A stretch of 64,000 nt of DNA, taken from the NCBI GenBank assembly GCA_951406725.2, contig OX597820.1:31248001-31312000 (forward strand). Reading direction: 5' to 3'. Of the stretch, positions 13,222 through 24,615 are shown piece by piece. Within the stretch, counting starts at the first letter, position 1; the number at the start of each line of letters is the position of its first letter. This DNA comes from Octopus vulgaris. Lineage: Eukaryota. The position numbers and the translations under genes are program-made. Under the pieces are notes generated by a model that was not told the origin of the DNA, searched no databases, and saw nothing but the letters and a program-made list of their open reading frames with translations.

Positions 13222-13651
13222 AAGGCGGCGAGCCGGCAGAAACGTTAGCACGCCGGACGAAGTGCTTAGCGGTATTTCGTCTGCCGTTACGTTCTGAGAA
13301 TTTAAATTCCACCGAGGTCAACTTTGCCTTTCATCCTTTCGGGGTCGATAAATTAAGTACCAGTTACGCACTGGAGTCGATGTAATTGACTTAATCTCTT
13401 TGTCTGTCCTTGTTTGTCCCCTCTATGTTTAGCTCCTTGCGCGCAATAAAGAAATAAACATTAGCATGCCGGTTGAAGTGTTTAGCGACATTTCGTCTGT
13501 CTTTACATTCTGAGTTCAAATTCCGCCGAGGTCGACTATACTTTTCATTTTTTCGGAGTCGATAAATTAAGTACCAGTTGCGTACTGAGGTCGATCTAAT
13601 CGACTAGCCCCCTCCCCCAAAATTTCTGGTCTTGTACCTAGCGTAGAAAAG
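13222..13651 (+). mobile_element. Family B SINE dimer (two subfamilies)
   Basis: A complete long-tail copy is followed by a headless short-tail copy. The pair is flanked by a 15-bp TSD AATGCTGTT(C/G)TTTAA at 13206-13220 and 13652-13666. Confidence 0.8.
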
Positions 13652-13893
13652 AATGCTGTTGTTTAATCCTAGGTCGTCTCCAGACGAGTAGACTTGCAAT
13701 TAAAGGTGTTTCAAGCTAACGGGTCAAACATCTGTGTAGCTAGCAGGTCAAATATCTGTGTAGAACTTCTCGTTGGGTTGATAAATAATACTATGTTGAA
13801 AAATCAGTCAAGAACAGAAGGAAAGGGGACAGTACTCTTAATTGACTATTTTAATGTTAATACTTCATGGGGATAAAACTGAAGAAAACCTAC

Positions 13894-13965
13894 CGCAATT
13901 AACTTCGAAGTTGAACTGCTGCTGTCCAGTGGCCGGACGGAAAACGAAGTACCCGATATAGACCC
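13894..13965 (-). other. candidate non-coding first exon of a minus-strand gene
   Basis: CpG-rich unique sequence TCGGGTACTTCGTTTTCCGTCCGGCCACTGG... ending in donor GCG|GTAGGT (intron G at 13893), at the edge of the CpG island. The transcription start is only approximate. Confidence 0.45.
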
Positions 13966-15183
13966 AAGATGAGGGACATTTGTGCAAAGAAATAAATAGG
14001 GGGAAAAGTTGTTAATATAGGATTTCAAAAGGAGCAAAGAGAAGGGACTAACATACAGCTATCAAATTTAGGGAGCAACAGTTATTATAGTTGAGGGAAG
14101 TAACAGAAAAGTTTTAGTGATTGATGGTTTGCCTGTCATACGAACGTTTTTCTTCAAAGCGAGTGTGTGTGTGTGTGTGTGAGTGGGTAGGTGGGTGGAG
14201 GCTGATTGGTGAAGAAGTTGGCTTTGCAAATCATGAAGTCTTGAGTTGAATCTAACTACACACAGTACATTGGATCACCAAGTGTCTTATACTAAATCCT
14301 CATATTAATGCAAGTCTAACATGTGAAGAAATTTAGTTACAAACTGTAAGTGAGTCTGTTGGATGAGCTGTACTCATAATTCAATGGGCAAGCCTGGCCC
14401 ACATATAATGCTGACTGGGTTAAAGGCACAGGTGTGTGTAGAAAGTACCAAATCAAGGTGATAGATTAGCAGAACTGTTAAAAAGCACCATACGAGATGC
14501 TTTGTGGTATCTGTTCTACCCCCGCTTTTGGTCCAAGAGCAACATCTGTGAATACACTAATGCCAAGTGCCAAACTGTATCAGCAACCTTTGGCCTTTTC
14601 TTTGGACAACATCATTAACATGGAAGAGAATGACTTGCCTGTATGGACAACTGGCACTTATCCATAAAAAGACATTGTCCATCCTTGTATATACAGATCC
14701 AGGTAAATAGTAAACCTTGATTGATGGAATCCTCTAGAGAATTTGTACATTATAATTTCATAAATAGATTGTTCTGTTAAGTGGACACCCGGAAGATTCA
14801 GTAATAAAACTGATGTGAGACATTTTTTTTTAGTATCTTTTCTTTTAATTTTTTAGTCATTGGACTGTGGCAATGCTGGAGCACTACTTTGTAGGGTTTA
14901 ATCGAATAAATTACCCTCAGTCTGGTACTTATTCTAGTAGTTTGTTTTGCCAGAAACATAAACACACCAACACTGGTTCTTAAGCAATGGTCAAAGAAAA
15001 CATGCACGCACATACACACACAGTAATTTACTTTCAGTTTCCCTCTACAAACTCCACAGCTCAAGGCTATAATAGAAAGTACTTACCCAAGATGCCATGA
15101 AGTGGGACTGAACCTGAAACCATGTGGTTGGAAAGCATACTTCTTACCACACAACCACAGCCATACCTGCACTTATTGATATA

Positions 15184-15580
15184 CTCTTTTACTTTTACTT
15201 GTTTCAGTCATGATACTGGCCACGCTGGAGCACCACCTTTAGTCGACCAAATCGACCTCAGGACTTATTCTTTGTAAGCCTAGTAATTACTCTATCAGTC
15301 TTTTTTGACAAACTGCTAAGTTACGGGGATGTAAACACACCAGCATCGGTTGTCAAGTGATGCTGGGGGGACAAATACAGACACACAAACACACACACAC
15401 ACATAAACATATATACGACAGGCTTCTTTCAGTTTCTGACTAACAAATCCACTCACAAGGCTTTGGTCAGCCTGAGGCTATAGTAGAAGACACTTGTCCA
15501 AGGTGCCATGCAGTGGGACTGAACCCGGAACCATGTGGTTGGTAAGCAAGCTACTTACCACACAGCCATTCCTATGCGTA
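15184..15580 (-). mobile_element. Family A SINE, full length (tandem with an older copy at 14835-15172)
   Basis: Reverse complement of the 863-1206 element including the tRNA-like head (GGAATGGCTGTGTGGTAAG...GGTTCAGTCCC). Other near-complete copies at 17660-17990(+), 25466-25850(+), 26955-27358(-), 27705-28080(-), 39660-39950(-) and 61854-62250(+). Confidence 0.85.
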
Positions 15581-16609
15581 TGAAAAGAGATTGATGCAGA
15601 TATTTTTCTTTACAGTTTAGCCAGATGAAGAAAGGGAAGCCTCAATGAAGTTTTGCAAAGGCTTCCAAGATTGACAGGAGGGAGAAGAGAAGGAAATGAT
15701 AAAAAATAATAATGATAAAAACAAAACAAACATTCTCAGATTGCTACAGTAGAAGACTGCATACTGAACTATCTTCAGAACAGAGACCCAGTCCAAATAC
15801 TTGCAACAGAACAGCTTTTGTTAAGAGTACACAATGGAAGGGGACAGAGAGACAGTGATATTATAGAATGCGTTATTACAGACACCTGATACCTTAGCTG
15901 TGTTCTACAATAAATTTAATATATACTCTGCATTTTAATTAGTAAATTGCTGGAACTGAAGCACTTCAAGATTCTGCAAAGGAACTCCACAACAAAGGGC
16001 TTCAGTAAGCAGTTGGATGATGCAGAGATATGTTGACATTTCTGGTGACATTTATAATAATTAGAATAAATTATGTTAATAAGGAAATAGTTCATTATGA
16101 TAAAATTCTATCAAAGTTGAGACTTTTGAATAATTATTTAACATGATAGATACAGCAGCTAAATCTTCCTTAAATAAGGAAAAGACATTAGGTAATATAG
16201 TCTTGGATACCCCTATGAGATGGTCATGGTTGGAATGCATCTGATCATACGTCTACTCAATCAAAGCTACTTGGAGTTAAACAAAACATTAAGAACTGTA
16301 GTACAAAAATTAAATTTATAGTGTTTAAAACACTTAAGTTGGAAAAAGAATTCTTTATATCTGGATGGCCAGGGGTGGGATTTGAACTCATAACAAATGT
16401 ATGACATTTCACCGCTCATGTCACTTCACTTCTTTTAACTGATAAAAATTTAATCGTATTTGATTCGCGTTTCAAGTTTTGGAAATTGCAAGGGAAAAAA
16501 TGATATAGTAAGGGAAGTAACTGTTGTCAGTTCTATTATGTTAGATAAGTGAATTGTATTTGGAATTCATCACCATCAATGCACAAATTTTTTCATGTAC
16601 TCCTACACA

Positions 16610-16828
16610 TACACTCTAACGTATACGCACATATACATACTCATATATTGATATAAATACATATCTATATACGTGCACACATATACAAACACACATACAC
16701 ACATGCAAACTTATATACAAACACACACACACACACAAATACACAAACATATACACACACATACAAACACACACACACACACATATATAAATATATATAT
16801 ATATATATACACACATACACACATATAA

Positions 16829-16860
<32 letters not shown>

Positions 16861-16980
16861 ACATACCCATATATACACAGATACAAAGATATACATAGAC
16901 ACACAAATATATACATACAGACACACAAACATATACAGACACAAAAATATATACATATGCATACCGTATGCATATATTAA
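16610..16980. repeat. compound (CA)n/(TA)n microsatellite
   Basis: Low-complexity ACAT/AC/AT tract. Similar tracts at 7120-7380, 7505-7860, 23890-24290, 34160-34550 and 50330-50410. Confidence 0.95.
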
Positions 16981-17272
16981 ATAGATAAAAAGCATCAAAA
17001 ATTCATTGAAGTAGTCATGGTATATACAAAAACACACAAAAAAAAATTCTTCAGAAAGAAACACTTTCCAAATGCTACACCAGACAATGGTAATAAATTT
17101 TGCATACAGTAAACCTCATAGATGAAAGTATCACACCTACAACACCTCACTGTCCTTAACTCATTAACAATTACACAATTAAAACCTTTAACAAGCTTTA
17201 ACAAACTTTCGGCCTCACAAGCTCACACTTCCCACTGTAACCACTCAAGCATAACATCGTTAAAACTGCATA

Positions 17273-17314
17273 TCAAAGGATGTTGGCCTTTTCATTCTCT
17301 TTGCTGCTTTGCAA
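17273..17314 (-). CDS. very tentative coding part of a terminal exon (LQSSKENEKANIL*)
   Basis: Acceptor AATTTCTTTTTAG| followed by unique sequence. Phase 0 fits the candidate exon at 23546-23645. No homology recognised. Confidence 0.15.
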   Translation of the reverse strand: MQSSKENEKANIL

Positions 17315-17989
17315 CTAAAAAGAAATTCTAGCAACAAGGAACAGTAATTGACCTGCTTCCACATGGCACAACTGTTGGAACTGCACTGAAATATTGCTTG
17401 CATAAACTAGGACAAAGAAACTGCCGCATATACACACAAAAAGAAACGTGAATTTCAGATGATTAAAAAATAAAGTAGAAAAATAAAATCATCTATTAAC
17501 ATTTTTATGGCAAATTCAGGATAGTGTAAAAGGAAGGAAGGAGGAGGAGTAGTAGTAGTGACACATGGCCTTTGCAGTCCCTCCCTAAATTGCAGTTGAT
17601 GTTCACTTTGAATGTCTGTAGGTCACTGTCAGTACAAGATAATTTAAAATCCAAAAAAAATCATGGCTGTGTGGTAAGAACTTTGCTCCCTAACTACATA
17701 GTTCTGGGTTCAGTTCCACTGTGCAGCACCTTGAACAAGTATTGTTTTCTACTTTGGCCTCAGGGTGACCAAATCTTTGAGAATGGATTTGGCAGACAGA
17801 GACTGAAAAAAACCCATCGCGCATGTATGTGTGTGTGTGCATGTGAGTGTTCTCACTGCTTGACAACTGGTGTTGGCTTCTTTATGTTTCTGTAACTTAA
17901 GTATTCACCAAAACAGACTGACAAAATAAGTACCAGACTTAAAAAATAAGTACTGGGGTTGATTTCTTTTTCTCTCTCTAAAACCCTTT

Positions 17990-18450
17990 GTTAAGTTAAG
18001 TTAATTTTTTGGCTCAAAAAGCGAAAAGCAAGGCCATGTAGGGGGACATGGAGTTATGTACAGGGAGGGTGTTCATGCAAAGAGTTCGGGCCATTTCTGG
18101 TCAAGAGAGACTTTGAACCGAGCGGTCATCGGCATCTTCACTATCTCGTCCGGCAGCTTATTCCACTGATCCGCAACCCAGACAGAGAAAGCCCCTCTCC
18201 TTCGATTGAGATGAAATTGTCGCAGATAGAGCTTTTCAGAATGACCCCGCAGCTGACGCTCTGGAGCAGGAGTGAAGAATAGCTCTTTCAAGAGGTTACA
18301 CTTTCCGCTTATGATGTTGTGAGCAAGAATGAGATCACCACGGCGTCATCGTTTTTCTAGAGAATAAAGGTCGAGCGTCTTCAGCCTTTCTTCATAAGAC
18401 AAATGCTTGAGACCAAGAACCATGTGGGTAGCCAGCTTCTGGACTCTTTC
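17990..18450 (-). mobile_element. CR1-clade LINE 3' fragment
   Basis: ORF 18073-18291 LRGHSEKL...RRGAFSVWVADQWNKLP is a CR1 ORF2 C-terminus; (TTAAC)n tail. Confidence 0.85.
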
Positions 18451-19361
18451 GAGATGATGTATGTCTTTGAGGAGTTAAGAAGAAGAGGCTCCCAGCCTGG
18501 CAACAGTATGCTCTTATACCTCATCACCATCATCACTGTCTTCTTTCCAGCTAGTCCCACCCAACCTTATATAGAGACCCCTACCACCACCATGAGCCAA
18601 TGGATGTGTATGAGAGATGAGGTTGAAAATGAATTATATGTTATTCAACATTTTTTACCTTTGGACTTTGTCAGTCCCAAGAATTTTAACCTCTTCATTG
18701 ATCTCTGACCATGCCCAAACAATGCAGGAAAACTGAGCTTTCGCATGTCATTCATGAAGGTAAGAGTATAGCAGATTACCATAGAATTTTAGCGAATTTT
18801 ATGATCAGTGGGGCTTAATGAAAGCTTTGTAAATCTGTCATAAGGGTTGACAGATTCACAAGTTTGGGAACACCTTTATACACTAACACACATGCACATA
18901 TTCTGAAACATGCACACATGTCTACAGGAGATGTGGGTTCAAGTACCACAGGCAACCTTTGATTTTTTTCTTTACCCAATATTCACATGCTATTACAGCT
19001 TTATCCAAGTGATGAGAAAGGATCTTCAGATGTTGGATCTCACAGAAGGGGATGACAAGGGACTGAGACTCCTGGCAGTTTACTGTGCTTGAGAAGACAT
19101 GTCAAGCAAAAATAAAATCATGGTTGTCCTTGCATGCAGGCATTTCCCCTACATCTCTCTTCAGCTGAGTGATCCGAATCTTGCAGGCTTATGGGTGCTG
19201 GTGCCATGTAAAAATAGCATCTGTGCCAGTGCCACGTAAGAGTGCCTGTGCCTGTGCTGCATGAGAGCATCCAGTACACTCTGTAAAGTGGCTGATGTCA
19301 GAAATGGCACCAGTCCATAGAAACTGTGCCAAAACAGACACGGATCCTGGGCAACTTTTCA

Positions 19362-19682
19362 GTTAAGTTAAGTTAATTTTTTGGCTCAAAAAGCAAAACG
19401 CAAGGCTATGTAGGGGGACATGGAATTATGTAGAGGGAGGGTGTTCATGCAAAGAGTTCAGGCCATTTCTGGTCAAGAGAGACTTTGAACCGAGCGGTCG
19501 TCGGCATCTTCACTATCTCGTCCGGCAGCTTATTCCACGGATCCACAACCCAGATGGAGAAAGCCCCTCTCCTTCGATTGAGATGAAATTGTCGCAGATA
19601 GAGCTTTTTGGAGTGACCCCGCAGCCGACGCTCTGGAGCAGGAGTGAAGTACAGCTCTTTCGAGAGTTTACACTTTCCGCTT
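19362..19682 (-). mobile_element. CR1-clade LINE 3' fragment, second copy, inserted in a family D element
   Basis: Near-identical to 17990-18310 including the (TTAAC)n tail. Family D sequence resumes at about 19683. Confidence 0.85.
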
Positions 19683-19830
19683 GGCCAGCATCTATCAAAC
19701 TGTTCAAGCCATGCCAGCATAGAAAACATGATAAATGATGATGCGTTTCAAGATCCACTGTTACAAAAAGGAATTACTTCACATTCTCTCAAAAGTTTAT
19801 AAATTCTTATGCTGTCAACAACGTGTGTGT

Positions 19831-19877
<47 letters not shown>

Positions 19878-20697
19878 GTATGTATGTATGTATGTATAAA
19901 ACATAATTGGAGAAGGGGGAAATATTCACCGATTTATACTAGAACATTCTAAAAGTTGTCAGTTGATAAGTTCTGCCTGTTAAAAATACGCCATCAGAGA
20001 AAGAAGCTATAGAAATGACAACTCTAAGATTTCAGAATGGAGCAGAAAGACAAAATTGGTGGATGGAGAGGAGAAAGGTAGGCAGAGGGGGGGAAAAAAT
20101 TAAAACATAGAAGTGACATTCAATCTAAATTAAAAAGGGAAATATAAAGAAAAAAAATATAAAAATAGAATTTAACACATCACCATCATCATTCATTGGC
20201 ATCATTTCTAAGTTCTTATTTTGAAGAAACTTGTTAACTTTTAATCAAATTCAGTGACAATGCCAGAAGTATTATAAAAAAGAAAAAATAATTTTTTTTT
20301 AAAATCAGGGAATTATCTTTACTGGCAGATACAAATGCAATGCAATTTTATGAAATTCTATTTGCTTTACACACGCACACACACACACACACGCACACAA
20401 CTGGTATATTGATATTAAAAGTGTGGTAGACATTTCATTAGCATTTAATAGTGATGCATGCACACACACACACACACTTACATATGCTAACGTATCATTT
20501 TTCTCTTCATCACTAAGAATGGTAAAGGGTTATCCACTGCACCTGTCAGACATGAGATAATGCTTATTAATTATATCTATATGATGTACCTGTGCTATAT
20601 ATCAATCTCTTATGGAAATACCTACCATTAATGCAACAGATAAATACAGGTAGACCAAACAACATTGATCAGATGTCATCCTAATTTGTCATATATG

Positions 20698-20983
20698 TCT
20701 TTATATATAAAAGTGAAGTTGTGTGTCTGTCTCCTACGATTTAGATTCCTAACTACTCCCACATTTTGCGGTGCAGTTTAACCAAAACTGGGTATCTTAT
20801 AGTCGTGATTCATATCGAGCCCTTCTGGGTATTAGCGCGTGTCTACGATTTAAAAAAAAATTTACCATCATTTTTTTTCCATTTTTAATGCATTTTTTTG
20901 CTATTTTTTGGCTATAACTCTCTAAAAATGCTTATATAGTTATTTCCCTTACAAACCCAAGCAACGCTGGGCGATACTGCTAG
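20698..20983 (+). mobile_element. non-autonomous Helitron
   Basis: 5' TC(TTTATATATAAA) start, subterminal hairpin CCCAAGCAACGCTGGG (20956-20971) and 3' CTAG followed by T. No TSD or TIR. Confidence 0.7.
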
Positions 20984-20987
20984 TATG

Positions 20988-21027
<40 letters not shown>

Positions 21028-21110
21028 TGCATGTATGTATATATATATGGTTTATTTTATTTGGTTTACAGGATTCTTGATGTGAACTTGTGTTGAAACA
21101 AATCTTGTTT

Positions 21111-21340
21111 TATCTTGGGAGGGTCATTATGCAAACAATAATAAACACAATGATTCTATTTCACATTTTTTCTTATTGTTAACCAATTGGTTAATTATCT
21201 AACCAACAAACCAGCCAGCCAACCAACCAACTAATTGATCATTTGCTTAATCTGTTGGTTAGATAACTAACCAACTGACTAACAATAAAGAAGTGAGATT
21301 GAACCAGAGCATATATTTGCATAATGACCCTCCCAAGATA
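21111..21340. repeat. two-segment inverted repeat (fold-back)
   Basis: Perfect 25-bp arms at 21111-21135 and 21316-21340, plus inner arms matching at 31/35 at 21174-21208 and 21253-21287. Confidence 0.9.
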
Positions 21341-21423
21341 CAAAACAATTTTATGAATATGTATTTCATACATTTCAGCCCAAAGGCTATGGCCATGCTG
21401 GAGCATCACCAGCAACAGAACTA

Positions 21424-21772
21424 TGTAGTAAAGATTGTTTGCCAACATAACATGGCAGTCCTAATTTAGGACTAATGTTACTGTAATTTAGCCCCAGGAG
21501 ACATCGTCTCCAGCTGGCTATACGACACGATCTGTGTCCTTATATTTTCAAACAGGGGAATCTGTGCTGATGAAGAGAAATGACCCATAAATTGCAATAC
21601 ACAGATATTGTTTTGAGCTGAGTGGGGGTGCTAGATTCTCTTGTTCGAAAATATAAGGACACAGATCGTGTCGTATAGCCAGCTGGAGACGGTGTCTCCT
21701 GGGGCTAAATTACAGCAACATTAGTCCTAAACCAGGACTGCCATGTTATGTTGGCAAACAATCTTTACTACA
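21424..21772. repeat. 140-bp near-perfect inverted repeat with a 69-bp spacer (fold-back element, possibly Penelope-derived)
   Basis: Arms 21424-21563 and 21633-21772 are reverse complements with only a few mismatches. No TSD visible. Confidence 0.9.
21560..21606 (+). ncRNA. degenerate type I hammerhead ribozyme motif
   Basis: Stem I ATCTGTG/CACAGAT (7 bp), CTGATGA core, palindromic stem III ATTGCAAT and AUA triplet. GAAA appears as TAAA and stem II is poor. Confidence 0.5.
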
Positions 21773-21789
21773 AGGTTATTAATGTCAGT

Positions 21790-22800
21790 GAAGGGGTAAA
21801 CTGATTACATCAACCCCAGGGCCCGACTGAAAGGATGAAAGGCAAAGTCGACTGCAGCAGAATTTGTACTCAGAACAAAGACAGACGAAATGCTTATAAG
21901 CAGTTATAAGTTCCTACTATAGGGACAAAGTCTGAAATTTTGAGGGAGGAGGCTAGTTGATTACATCAACTCCAGTACTTGATTGGTAATTATTCTGACC
22001 CTGAAAGAATGAGAAGCAAAACCAACCTTGGCAGAATTTGAACCCAGAATAAAAAGACAGCTGAGCATTTTGTCCAGTATGCTAATGATTCTGTCAGCTC
22101 ACCACCTTAACAACAACAGTTTAAAGGTGGTGAGCTGACAGAAACGTTAGCATGCCGGGCGAAATGCTTACCTGTATTTCGTCTGCCGCAACGTTCTGAG
22201 TTCAAATTCCGCCGAGGTCGACTTTGCCTTTTATCCTTTTGGGGTCGATAAAATAAGTACCAATTATGCACTGGGGTTGATATTATCGACTTAATCTGTT
22301 TGTCTGTCCTTGTTTGTCCTCTCTGTGTTTAGCTCCTTTTGGGTAGTAAAGAAATAGGTATTTCTTCTGTCTTTACGTTCTGAGTTCAAATTCCGCCGAG
22401 GTCGACTTTGCCTTGCCTTTCATCCTCTCAGGGTCAATAAATTAAGTACCAGCTGTATACTGGGGTCGATCTAATTGACTGGCCCCCTCTCCCAAGATTT
22501 CGGGTCTTGTGCCTAGATTAGAAAAGAATAGTAATGGTTTCAAATTTTGCCACAAGGGCAGCAATTTCACCTGGTACTTTTTTTTATTGAACCCAAAAGG
22601 ATGAAAGGTGAAGTCGACCTCAGCAGAACAATAATAATAACGGCTTCAAATTTTGGCACAAGGCCATGATTGCAGGGGAGCAGGTAAGGTGAGTACACCA
22701 ATCCTAGGCAGAATTTAAACTCAGCACATTGGGAAAATTGCTTAGCAGCATTTCATTCATCTTTACGGTCTAATGATTCAGCCAGCTCGCAACCTTATCA
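21790..22800. mobile_element. cluster of family B SINEs (minus copies, a plus-strand dimer at 22124-22530, further minus fragments)
   Basis: Repeated AAAGGATGAAAGGCAAAGTCGAC / GTCGACTTTGCCTTT motifs in both orientations. Other family B copies at 9160-9375(-), 38810-39025(-), 44445-44660(-), 47820-48500(+, three tandem) and 63388-63600(-). Confidence 0.8.
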
Positions 22801-22809
22801 GTAACTGCT

Positions 22810-23138
22810 GCTGAGACCCTCTTCGGTCATGACTGACCGTGGGATTGCACATAGTTACCCTCCCAGGCACATATCCAGGCAAGGTTGTTTATGGAAGACC
22901 AACAGTCACCCTTGCATACCGGCCTCCCCTCTACACGCCACCAGTGTTATCCAAGGCAACGGCCGATACAGCTTGACACCTGTCACGTCGCAACTCATTT
23001 CTACAGCTGAGTGAACTGGAGCAATGTGAAATAAAGTGTCTTGCTCAAGAACACAACACACAGCCTGGTCTGGGATACGAACTCACAACCTCACGATCGT
23101 AAGCTCGATGCTCTAACCACTGAGCCATGCGCCTTCAC
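22810..23138 (-). mobile_element. Family C SINE with intact tRNA-like head
   Basis: Minus strand GAAGGCGCATGGCTCAGTGGTTAGAGCATCGAGCTTACGATCGTGAGGTTGTGAGTTCGTATCCC (A and B boxes), then GTGTTCTTGAGCAAGACACTT. Confidence 0.8.
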
Positions 23139-23545
23139 TATCAGTAATAAGTGAATAATAATGATAATAATAATGTTCACTGCCCTTTGTTTCATCTGAC
23201 ACAGCGGAGCCAATGATATAGTGTTCAGTGCAGCCCACACAAAACACCAAACCCATATGGAACATAAAGGAGAAATATGTGCATTGCAAGACTTTTGTCC
23301 AGTTGCCAAGGAACAATATAAATGACACTTATTAAATATAGAAACATCAATCACACTGAGGAATATTTTTTTTTTTTTATTTTCGTTCCTTTACTTTGGT
23401 TTTGCTTCTTGCTTTGCAATTTCCGTTACATGGTCCACAAGATTTTACATTTGATTCTTTTTAATTATTCCTTCTAACAGTGAGTTTTATTCTTTTCTTT
23501 TTTTTGTTTTTTCTTTTTGTTCTGTTCTTCTTTTATGAAACTTAC

Positions 23546-23645
23546 TTTTTTGTTTTGTTTTTGCTCCTCCTTTACTCTTTCACTTTCTATATCACACAAT
23601 TTAATGTCTAATTCTAGCTTTTTTTTTTTTCTATTAAGAACCTCA
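23546..23645 (-). CDS. candidate 100-nt coding exon, charged and possibly coiled-coil (EVLNRKKKKLELDIKLCDIESERVKEEQKQNKK)
   Basis: Acceptor ATTTTATTTTTTGTGTAG|, open frame and consensus donor AAA|GTAAGT. The sequence is A-rich low complexity, so a chance match is possible. Confidence 0.3.
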
Positions 23646-23897
23646 CTACACAAAAAATAAAATATTAAAAATACAAAAATTACATTAAAAGAAAGTTTCA
23701 CACACACACACACAAACACACTCACACACACACATTTATTTAATTCAATAGTGAACATATCAGAAAGTTAGAGTGAGCCAAGAATTGGCTTAGAACCAAC
23801 CCTTAGCAGAATGGAATATTTTACTGAAAGGTGATTGGCATCCAAATCCTAAAGATGTGTATGCACGTGCATGCCATGCTAACCTAGACACACACAT

Positions 23898-23944
<47 letters not shown>

Positions 23945-24075
23945 CGAGTACATGTGTGAGAGCACGTGCCTGCATACATGGTGATTTCAGTAAAATTCAA
24001 TACCCTATGTTTCACATATTTTATAACACATCTCTCAGTGACTCAGACTAATAAATATACACACATATATATACA

Positions 24076-24124
<49 letters not shown>

Positions 24125-24212
24125 ATAGACACAAATATATATATACATACACACATATATATACATACATACACACACACATACATATATACATACACAC
24201 ACATATACATAC

Positions 24213-24243
<31 letters not shown>

Positions 24244-24399
24244 TATATACATACATATATATATATATATACATACATATATATATAATACAGCGACACA
24301 CCTAAGTGTGTGTTTATATGCATGTGTATATTACATACATACATATGTCAATTGAAAATTTACAATGGCACTGTAATATATGACATAGATATTTCATAA

Positions 24400-24615
24400 A
24401 TGAAAATGCGCATTAGCATACTTACGAAGTGTGAGTTAGCATACATATATTGAGTGCGCGCATGTGTGTGTTATTTACACATACAAAATGCATGTTACAT
24501 ATGTACGCAGTGCATGTTAGCATGCACACAATGCACATGCTAGCGTATGTATGAAAGCTAAGTTAACATATGCGAAGATTGTGTTAGCATATATAGGAAG
24601 CATGTATGAGCGAAT
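24400..24615. repeat. degenerate minisatellite with a period of about 22-23 bp
   Basis: Recurring TGTTAGCATA-like units at a regular spacing. Confidence 0.55.

Larger units (their letters stand above)
12100..14170. promoter_or_regulatory. CpG-retaining island, probable unmethylated promoter and first-intron region
   Basis: CpG is frequent in both unique DNA and old repeats here (family E copy GCCGGTCGACCGACC at about 13012, versus TG/CA-decayed copies elsewhere). The enrichment falls off after about 14170. Assessed by eye, not counted. Confidence 0.55.

Noticed and set aside
15600-16070. Plus-strand acceptor TTTTTCTTTACAG followed by unique purine-rich sequence
   Set aside because: Early stops in all frames; a non-coding exon is possible but nothing in the sequence supports it.
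19929-19975. AG...GT bounded minus-strand segment
   Set aside because: Stops in all three frames and only moderate splice sites.
23065-23138. tRNA-like sequence with A and B boxes
   Set aside because: It continues directly into a SINE body and has no convincing acceptor stem; a SINE head, not a tRNA gene.
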